Source: Octopus sinensis
Taxonomy: Eukaryota
Assembly: GCF_006345805.1 (NCBI RefSeq)
Contig: NW_021827019.1
Span: 1 to 11,356 of the forward strand
Length of the DNA stretch: 11,356 nucleotides
Reading direction: 5' to 3'
A model generated the notes under the pieces. The model ran no database searches. It saw only the letters and a list, made by a program, of their open reading frames with translations, and was not told the DNA's origin. How positions within the stretch are numbered: the stretch's first letter is position 1; every line of letters starts with the position of its first letter. Positions 1-7,734 of the stretch are shown piece after piece. A program made the translations under genes and the position numbers.

Positions 1-1275
1 TTATGGGTATAGTCAGGGTACCCTTCTTAGGAAAGGGAATGATGCCAGATACACCCCATTCTGTAGTTCAGGTCTCGCTTCCTCAAGAGCATGGTTGCAA
101 AATTTTATCAGATAGTTTCTGGCTCTTGAGTGTCTTCAGGACATAATAGAAAGTCCATGAAGGGCCGGTGCTTTCCAAGTTTCATCTTTTTAATGGCGCT
201 GTCGAACTCAGCTTGTAAAAATAGATCCTAACTTTGATGATTTTCTTTAAAAAGAGGAGTGATGACTTTATTGTCATAAAATCGATTCTAATTAGTTTTC
301 GGAAGTTTTCCAGTTGTTAGTCTGGATAAAAGAGACACTAGACTTTTTCTCAGAAATTCCCGCACACGTTTTCATGCTTGAATATGCTCACTCGCGGTGA
401 TAGTTTCAAATAACTTTAAGGTATTATTAACTCTCTCTTCTTCGCTTCTGTCGAATGTTTGGTGATGGTTTATTTGAGCTGCAGTTCGTTGGTTGACATT
501 TGATCTAAGAGTTGTTTTACGTGTGTCGGAAACTTCAATGTGATCGATAGAAGCTAGTTCCGAATTTGGTTTCGAAGGAAGTTTTGCTTTTCTGTTACTG
601 ATTTCCACGAAGGCCAGGTAAGATCGTTGGTAAGTGTAATGCGTCTGTGTTGTCGATATATCTGGCTATCTTTAATGAATTATCTATAATTGTACACCAG
701 TTGAGGTGTTTATGAAATAGAACATTTAGTTTTCGGACACACAATTTGATATTTGTTTATAAAATATAATGGTCACTACTACGGAGTGTCATGTGTTGAA
801 AGTCTGGCAATCGTTGATGTTATAACGCCATCTTTTTGCGGTGAGACAAAAGACAAATTGAGTTAAGTCAACTGCTGTGAATCTCCATGTTCACCACTAG
901 TATTGGATTGGATGAGATATGAGAAATGACCAGTATATTGTGCATTGAATCACCTCATTGCACGAGAAAGGGATGCATTGTACTGATTGGTTTAGATTAT
1001 GGTAAAACTTTTCCATTCAGAAACCGGACGGCTACCATGACAAAAATAGCATGAAATAATATAAGGTTTTGGTTTCGCTTTGACGTCCATTAACATAATT
1101 TGATGATCTGATGACAAATTGTAACTTTACCGGAGGCTGCACGCTGGATGTTTGTGGTTGTTGAAGATGTAAACATAGCATTCCCAACAAGGTTCTGTGC
1201 GATAATATCTAGAGGATCTTAAGTTGTTTTAATCGATACTCCTGTTTGCATTTGACTGAGATGTTAAAGCTGCCC
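1..1275 (-). mobile_element. Decayed non-LTR retrotransposon (LINE, RTE-like): APE endonuclease, linker and pre-RT region; runs off the window start
   Basis: Manual minus-strand translation across frameshifts gives YIISCY (~1050), a frameshifted GDFNA (gtgattcaatgca, ~945), KRWRYNINDCQTFNT then LRSDH (APE C-terminal SDH, ~775), FLQAEFDSAIKKMKLGK-(A)P (~220-165) and WGVSGIIPFPKKG (~58-20). These are typical LINE EN and pre-RT motifs. ORF 372..608 is a linker remnant. Multiple stops and frameshifts. Confidence 0.85.
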
Positions 1276-1282
1276 ATGACAT

Positions 1283-1485
1283 ATATTTGTATGTAATTAT
1301 GTAAGTATGTATATATGTATGTATATGTGTATATATATGTATATATGTTGTATGTATATGTATATATATATGTGTGTGTGTGTATGTATGTATATATATA
1401 TACATATATATATATTATATATATATATATATGATATATATATACTATATATGTATATATGTAAGTCTCTATGTATATATGTATG

Positions 1486-1531
<46 letters not shown>
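1283..1531. repeat. Compound (TA)n/(TG)n/(TATG)n microsatellite
   Basis: Read directly; it generates the YIYI/MYMY ORFs 1297..1590 and 1307..1594. Confidence 0.95.
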
Positions 1532-1533
<2 letters not shown>

Positions 1534-1767
1534 CAGCATTTTTGGGGATAAACAAATCAGACACAGATTTATTAGATATATTAAATACATCTAATACAAG
1601 ATATGTATATAGGTATACGTGCAAAAGGGGAGAAAATAAAAGTCACAGGCATTTCTATCAGAATCGCCAACTTGAAAAATTGTTAGGTCATGCCCCGTTT
1701 TAAATTTAGGCTCTCCAGATAAGTGACTTCCGTGAAAAGACCTGTATCTCCAATACCAGGCTTAAAA

Positions 1768-1822
1768 CTAATACAGCAAAGCATTTTCCCGCCGTGCTGA
1801 CGATTCTGCCAGCTCACCGCCC
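1768..1822 (-). mobile_element. Isolated 5' head of SINE family M
   Basis: The reverse complement ggcggtgagctggcagaatcgtcagcacggcgggaaaatgcttt matches the head of the adjacent copy (gctagcagaatcgttagcacgcctggcgaaatgctt, 2001-1966). Confidence 0.75.
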
Positions 1823-1837
1823 CACTTGTTTTCCATG

Positions 1838-2001
1838 GGTTGTAGTCGATTACATCGACCTCAGTACTCAACTGGTACTTATTTTATCAACCCTGAAAGT
1901 AAAAATGAGAAAGTCGACATCAGCAGAATTTGAACTCAGAACATAAAGTCGGACCAAATTCCTCTAAGCATTTCGCCAGGCGTGCTAACGATTCTGCTAG
2001 C
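1838..2001 (-). mobile_element. SINE family M copy (tRNA-like head plus conserved cctttcatcctttcggggtcgataaaataagtaccag-type body)
   Basis: The reverse complement contains gttctgagttcaaattctgctga (B-box-like), ttgataaaataagtaccagttgagtactgaggtcgatgtaatcgact. Homologous to 5480-5770 and 6430-6625. Confidence 0.85.
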
Positions 2002-2041
2002 AACTTCATCTTATATGTTTGTAATTGTTGTTGTTGTTGTT

Positions 2042-2551
2042 GTGACCTCCTTCGGTCACGAATGACAATGGTATTGCACCTAGACAATCACCTTCCGAGG
2101 CACAAGTCTGAGCAAGGTTGTTTATGGAAAACCAGCAGTCGCCCACGCATACCGACCTCCCCTCTCCATGCCACCGATGTTATCCAAGGGAAAGGCAAAG
2201 GCCGATACAACTTGGCACCAGTGACGTCACAGCTCATTTACTAACGTGCAAGTGGCTGAGCACTCCACAGACACATGTACCCTTAAAGTAGTTTTCGGGG
2301 GAGATTCAGCGTGGCACAGAGTGTGACAAGGCTGGCCCGGTGAAATACAGGTACAGCAGAAACAGGAAGAAAGAGTGAGAGAAAGTTGTGGTGAAAGAGT
2401 ACAGCAGGGTTCACCACCACCTCCTGCCGGAACCTCGTGGAGCTTTAGGTGTTTTCGCTCAATAAACACTCACAATGCCCGGCCTGGGAATCGAAACCGC
2501 GATCCTACGACCGCGAGTACGCTGCCCTAACCACTGGGCCATTGCGCCTCC
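2042..2551 (-). mobile_element. Composite tRNA-derived SINE: family A head and body (2551-2242) joined to family B 3' region (2241-2042), with an (ACA)n tail
   Basis: The head ggaggcgcaatggcccagtggttaggg...ggtttcgattcccaggccggg has A and B boxes. 2042-2241 aligns with 4570-4765 and 9563-9751. (gtt)n at 2024-2042 is the tail. Confidence 0.85.
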
Positions 2552-3084
2552 ACACACGTTTGTAATAGTAACAAAGAAGAAGGATACTATACATAGAATT
2601 TATTCATTTAAACGTAGATTATTTGTAAATATAGAAGCGTGTGTATTGATCGCTAAATATAACACGTTGCTGAAAGAGAAACAGAACAGTTGCAAAGGAG
2701 GATTTCAGTTTTACTGCGACGAGGTTTCTATTTGACCAAGAAAATGCAAATACTTGTTCAAATATTTCTATTAGGAAGTAAAATATGAACATCTTCATAC
2801 CTAATGTAAAAAAAAATGTTTCAAATGATTAACAAGACAAAACTTGTTTCCCTGGCAACATATCTACTGGTCACATGTACTTTCTCCGCTAACTGCCTCA
2901 TTATTTCTCTCCATCTCCTTTTATGCATCTTATTTCCTTTTTTCTTTTTTTTTCTTTTTTGCAATCACTATCTCTGACTCAATATCAAAACTGTTTTCTT
3001 CCGAATAATTTTCTACATTGGGCACGTAAAGGTAAACATTAAAATTATCTATATTCATAATAGCAGCAAATTCCATTCCACGCA

Positions 3085-3200
3085 AACTCACACACGCCCA
3101 CCCATTCGACACACAAACACAAACACACGCACATACACACACATATGCATACATACATATGTATATACGTATAGAGGGGTTTGTGCGTATTGCGAGCTTG

Positions 3201-3239
<39 letters not shown>

Positions 3240-3345
3240 GAGTACGTGTGAATTGATATGTATGCATAATTGGAGATTTTGTGATTAGCACACCTACACG
3301 GTTTAGACAATCCAGCAAACGATGTTACGGTTTTTCGTATTTTCT

Positions 3346-3380
<35 letters not shown>

Positions 3381-3402
3381 ATTTGTGTGTGTGTGTATAT
3401 AC

Positions 3403-3440
<38 letters not shown>

Positions 3441-3540
3441 GTATATATACACACACACAAATACCATATATATATATATATACATATATATATATTTATT
3501 TATTTATATGTGTGTGTGTGTGCATGTGTATGTCTGTATG
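3085..3540. repeat. Microsatellite cluster: CA-rich tract, (GT)n 3204-3234, (CT)n 3349-3377, (TG)/(TA)/(CA) mosaic 3385-3540
   Basis: Read directly. Confidence 0.9.
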
Positions 3541-3737
3541 TTACGACTGCATTCTATGAGCTATTTATTCTGATTTTGTTTGTTTATATATATAAATGTG
3601 TGTGTATGGATGTATGCGCGTGTATGAATGTATGTATATATGCATGTACATATGTGACTTCGATGATAACCAAAATTACGACTGTATTCTATGAGCTAAA
3701 TATTCTGTCTTTGATAATGGTAATATGTCTCTATCAG

Positions 3738-3789
3738 CTTCTCTGAGGAGCGGTGAACAAAGCATGAACGGTACATCAGAAGACTCCGC
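3738..3789 (+). ncRNA. Degenerate hammerhead-like motif (incomplete core)
   Basis: CTGAGGA at 3743-3749 is immediately followed by gcgg (3750-3753), which can pair with ccgc (3786-3789). The expected GAAA is absent. cttct (3738-3742) can pair with agaag (3778-3782), which follows ATC. Confidence 0.35.
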
Positions 3790-4014
3790 ACTACTTTCTT
3801 CTACTCAACAAAAGCATAAGAAAAAGGTATTCATCTTTCTCTTTCTCTTATAGCTAGTCTTTCTAATATATTACCTCAGCCTTTCGATTTCCTCTCTGTT
3901 GTGCATGAAACATGTACTCTTTAGTTAATGACGAAACCTTCAAATTATGCTCCCCACATATATACTCCAGCCGAATATTCTATGCTATTAAGTGGAAAAC
4001 GAAGTTCGGTACCT

Positions 4015-4090
4015 CTACTCTGAGGAGCGCTGAAAACACCACGGAACTTGCCGTTACGAAACTCCCACTCGCTTTTCCACACGTCAGTAG
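4015..4090 (+). ncRNA. Candidate type I hammerhead ribozyme
   Basis: Helix I ctact (4015-4019) pairs with agtag (4086-4090). Core CTGAGGA at 4020-4026. G4027 and C4057 close helix II. GAAA at 4058-4061. C4062 pairs with G4083 of the GTC triplet (4083-4085). All elements are in canonical order. Confidence 0.65.
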
Positions 4091-4261
4091 CATTGAAGAA
4101 ATCTACTTATATTCTCGCTTGTCTCACACCTAGTCTTTCTAACACACCCATACACACGCGCACCTACGCATACACACGCCCACGTTTTTCTGTGCGTGCG
4201 TGCATGTGTGAGTGTGAGCGTGTGTGTGTACTGATGTATGTTTGTATCTATCAGCATCTAG

Positions 4262-4331
4262 TGCTTTTCCATAGGTTTGGATCGTCCCAAACCTTGTGAG
4301 GGTAATTGGTTAGAGAAAAACTGTACAGAAG
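4262..4331 (+). mobile_element. Highly diverged 3' fragment of SINE family C
   Basis: cttttccataggtttggatcgtcccaaaccttgtgagggtaattggttagagaaaaactgtacagaagc resembles 7469-7540 (cttttactataggtttcggttcggccaaaaccttatgaatggatccggtggacggaagctaaaagaagacc). Confidence 0.5.
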
Positions 4332-4529
4332 CTAGTTGGCTGAATTGTGCCTTCATTCAAATGTCCAGCCTTCTCGCACTCGTGTCGCGTCGATTATACA
4401 CGAGAATTACTTTATGTACTTTATGGCTACATGTGCTGTTGGAAATTTCAACGGACCCATGCATCCTTTTCACCTGGATGCACCTGGATGTGTATGCATC
4501 ATGTATGCGTCAACTATGAATGTATTATG

Positions 4530-4564
<35 letters not shown>

Positions 4565-4567
4565 TGA

Positions 4568-4884
4568 AACCCCTCTCCGGTCATTAATGACCATCGGATT
4601 GCACCTAGAAAATTACCCTCCCAGGCACAAGTCCGGACAAGGGTGTTTATGGAAGATCACCAGTCGCCCATGCATACCAGCTTCCTCTCTCCACGCCACC
4701 GATGTTATCCAAGGGAAAGGCAAAGAGAGATACAGCTTGGCACCTTTGACGTCGCAACTCATTTCTACAGCTGAGGGAACCGGAGCAACGTGAAATAAAG
4801 AACACAACACGCAGCCCGGCTCGAGAATCGAACTCACAATCTCAAGATCGTAAGCTCGACGCTCTAACTACAGAGCCATGCACG
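4568..4884 (-). mobile_element. tRNA-derived SINE family B (CORE-like central domain), flanked by (TA)n on both sides
   Basis: The reverse complement has catggctctgtagttagagcg (A-box region), gagttcgattc (B box) and tttatttcacgttgctccggttccctcagctgtagaaatgag. Colinear with 9445-9751 but lacks ttgagcaagacac. (TA)n at 4533-4562 and 4894-4911. Confidence 0.88.
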
Positions 4885-4910
4885 TTCACTATGTATATAT
4901 ATATATATAT

Positions 4911-5151
4911 TAAAATTTACATAATGAGGGAGATAAATTGAATATTAATTTAATTAATATCAATTTAAAACCAGTAGCCTAGCGTATAAAAAATCTGAAA
5001 AATCAGAAAAAAATTCAATACATGTGTATATTTTGGGATAAACCACTAGGTGGATAACCATATGCTAGAAGAAGATCATATGCGTAGTTAGATCGTATGT
5101 GATCTTCTTGCGTATGGTTATCCACCTAGTGGTTTATCCCTAAATATACAG

Positions 5152-5191
<40 letters not shown>

Positions 5192-5202
5192 TATATATAT
5201 AT

Positions 5203-5289
<87 letters not shown>

Positions 5290-5400
5290 TACAGAAAAAA
5301 CCTATTATGCAATTCAAGCCATGATAGATATAAACCAAATCATAAAAATATATTATAAAACATATAACTAGATCGTGATCTAGTTATATGTTTTATAATA
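4911..5400. repeat. Palindrome-rich unclassified module with three inverted repeats and an internal (TA)n array (5157-5282)
   Basis: Quasi-palindrome at 4935-4966. Hairpin at 5020-5155 with perfect 28-bp arms (5035-5062 and 5113-5140). Perfect 24-bp arms at 5351-5374 and 5377-5400. Confidence 0.85.
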
Positions 5401-5820
5401 ATCGACTGTCCGTTTGTCTGTCCTTGTTTGTCCTCTCTGTGTTTAGCCTCTTGTGAGTAGTAAAGAAATAGGTATTTCGTCTGCCGTTACGTTGTCAGTT
5501 CAAATTCCGCTGAGGTCCACTTTGCCTTTCATCCTTTCGGGGTCGATTAAATAAGTACCAGTTCCGCACTGGGGTCAGTATAATCGACTTAATCCGTTTG
5601 TCTGTCCTTGTTTGTCCTCTCTGTATTTAGCCTCTTGTGGGTAGTAAAGAAATAGGTATTTCGTCTGCCGCTACGTTCTGAGTTCAAATTCCGCCGAGGT
5701 CGTCTTTGCCTTTCATCCTTTCGGGGACGATAAATTGAATACCATTTGCGTACTGGTGTCGAACTAACCGACTGGCCCTTTCTCCCAAAATTTCAGGCCT
5801 CGTGCCTAGAGTAAAAAAGA
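5401..5820 (+). mobile_element. Head-to-tail dimer of headless SINE family M units (period 184 bp), followed by a terminal tail
   Basis: ccgtttgtctgtccttgtttgtcctctctgt starts at 5410 and 5594. Each unit contains gttcaaattccgc and gcctttcatcctttcgggg. The array ends with caaaatttcaggcctcgtgcctagagtaaaaaaga. Confidence 0.88.
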
Positions 5821-6429
5821 ATATATATCCTATAACTATTTATTCAATATAAAATATTTTTGAACATATTTCTTTCCGCAATAAGTTAATGACGAAGTAG
5901 TTTTGATTTGATTGGAGCGTAAAAAAAAAGTTAGATTTAATTTGTAAGATGGCTGTGCCAGCACGACTTTGAGAGTTATTCAGCCAATAATTACATTTGC
6001 AGTAGAAAATTTATTATATTTTCTTCTAAGAATAGTACAATAGCACCACTATTAGAGTTACATCATTTCGTTTGAGGTTCTGCCAGACTATTCTATTTAT
6101 CTGGAGTCGACGATGTAAGTATCTTGAAGTCACTATTTTTTATTGCCTCATCTAGACTTATTGCAAATAAATATTTTACCTTTGGCTTGATATGCCGCTG
6201 TCAGTCTTTGATAGGAATACCATCAAGATACAGCCTGTTCTTTTATTAACATCAAATGAGAATTTCAATTGGTATGAGCATGCAATTCATGAATAAGTCC
6301 TGAGAAATAAAACGCGTCGAATTGAATTCCGGATTTCCTACAAAATATGGATTCCTTTATATAGTCATGTTTGTCTGCATTGCTGTATAATATAATTTTT
6401 TGAAATCGAATTCGAATCAAGAAAACATT

Positions 6430-6625
6430 AATATTGGTTTCAAATTTTGGCACAAGGCCAGCAGTACGTGTGCGTGCGTGTGGGTAGGTGGGCATAACTT
6501 GATTATATCGACCCAGTTTTCAACCGGTATTTATTTGATCGACACCGTAAGCAAAGTCGATGAAAAGCTAAGTCGAACCCGGTTGAATCTGAACCCAGAA
6601 CGTATAGATGGACGAAATAGAAAAT
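6430..6625 (-). mobile_element. Diverged SINE family M copy, 5'-truncated
   Basis: Reverse complement: tatttcgtccatctatacgttctgggttcagattc...gtcgatcaaataaataccggttgaaaactgggtcgatataatc...ggccttgtgccaaaatttgaaaccaatatt. Confidence 0.75.
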
Positions 6626-7391
6626 CATAAATATTAATGTTTCGAATATATGCTAATTGATTTCACCGAATTAATTTGTATACCTGATTTCTAAACAACA
6701 TCTATTTCATTTCCTACTTAATAATTTATTAACTTGTTGACTAATTGTGAATTTTTTCCAAAGAATACATTAACAGGGAATCAGAGTATACCTTTCTACA
6801 TTTACGTTGACCAAAGTAAAAATATAAAATATATATTACAATGTTACAGGCAACAATGATTAAAAAATATACCTTCCACTTGTAGAAGGCATAACATTTC
6901 TCTCTTAGTCACAAAACATAAAGCTACGCACTCAAAATCAAACACAAGTCTATGTTAAATGAGAGAATTAATCTATACAACCTGCATGTGCAAAATATTT
7001 TGCTTTTCTACTTTACTGCTTGTATTGAATTATGCAATACAAAAATGCACATATTTATTTGAATAATCATAGGAAAGTGATTATCTGTAATGCGGTCTAC
7101 AATCTATTTCCTACCAGCTAAACCCATTGAGAAATATATTGTTTAGACTTTCCCGAAATTTAACAAAATGTTTTCTGTTTACTTTGTACATTCCGCTGTG
7201 CCAACAAGTTTCTGAGAGTTACTCACCAGTTAAATATTTGCCGTCCAACTCACATGACATGTTTTGCTAATCCGTTAAGTAATGGGTTACGTGCATCACA
7301 TACTGTAGTTTTACTCCTTTCCTTTCTATATTGACATTCTACTACACGATTCAATGATATAAATAAAACTCAGTTGCTGATTGTTGTTATG

Positions 7392-7568
7392 CAGGCGTGG
7401 CCGAGTAGTTTACATCCGAACCTCATAGCCCCAGGTTCAATCCCACTCCGTGGCAACTTTGGCATATGTCTTTTACTATAGGTTTCGGTTCGGCCAAAAC
7501 CTTATGAATGGATCCGGTGGACGGAAGCTAAAAGAAGACCGTCGTTGATATGTGTGTGTGTGTGTTTG
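7392..7568 (+). mobile_element. tRNA-derived SINE family C with (TG)n tail
   Basis: gcaggcgtggccgag head, ggttcaatccc B box at ~7435-7445, body cgtggcaactttggcatatgtcttttactata, then a (tg)n tail. Homologous pieces lie at 4262-4331 and 10870-10975. Confidence 0.75.
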
Positions 7569-7734
7569 TGTTCAATTTACAAAGAAAGATCCAGGGGAAC
7601 AGTTACAATGTAGCCAACTGTCACATAAGCGCCCCAGAAATTAGCGTGGGTGTTAATTCCGAGAAGTGAGATTTGTTTGGAGAACATCTCCTTCACCTCC
7701 AAGATATTTCTATTAAAAAATTACGAAATGTTAA

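Noticed and set aside
1108-1114. CTGATGA, and the minus-strand CTGAAGA at ~134-140, as hammerhead cores
   Set aside because: Both lie inside LINE coding remnants with no correctly placed helices or GAAA.
4379-4491. Small stems (ctcgtgt/acacgag, gttggaaatttcaac) and a cacctggatg x2 duplication; also a 14-bp palindrome at 6990-7003
   Set aside because: These are too short to exceed chance in AT-rich DNA, and there is no regular repeat-spacer pattern, so no CRISPR-like array.
1930-4793. Two similar ORFs (1930..2244 and 4347..4793) sharing HL.N..PRHKS.QGCLWK...HATDVIQGKGK, resembling paralogous genes
   Set aside because: The similarity is the antisense reading of the shared SINE family-B 3' region; the third copy at 9571-9751 is not conserved as protein.
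6031-6120. Possible exon ending at a gtaagt donor (~6115)
   Set aside because: Frames from the best acceptor contain stops, and the peptide is unrecognisable.
7220-7310. Possible minus-strand micro-exon with a gtgagt donor
   Set aside because: Weak acceptor, short unrecognisable peptide and no supporting neighbouring exons.
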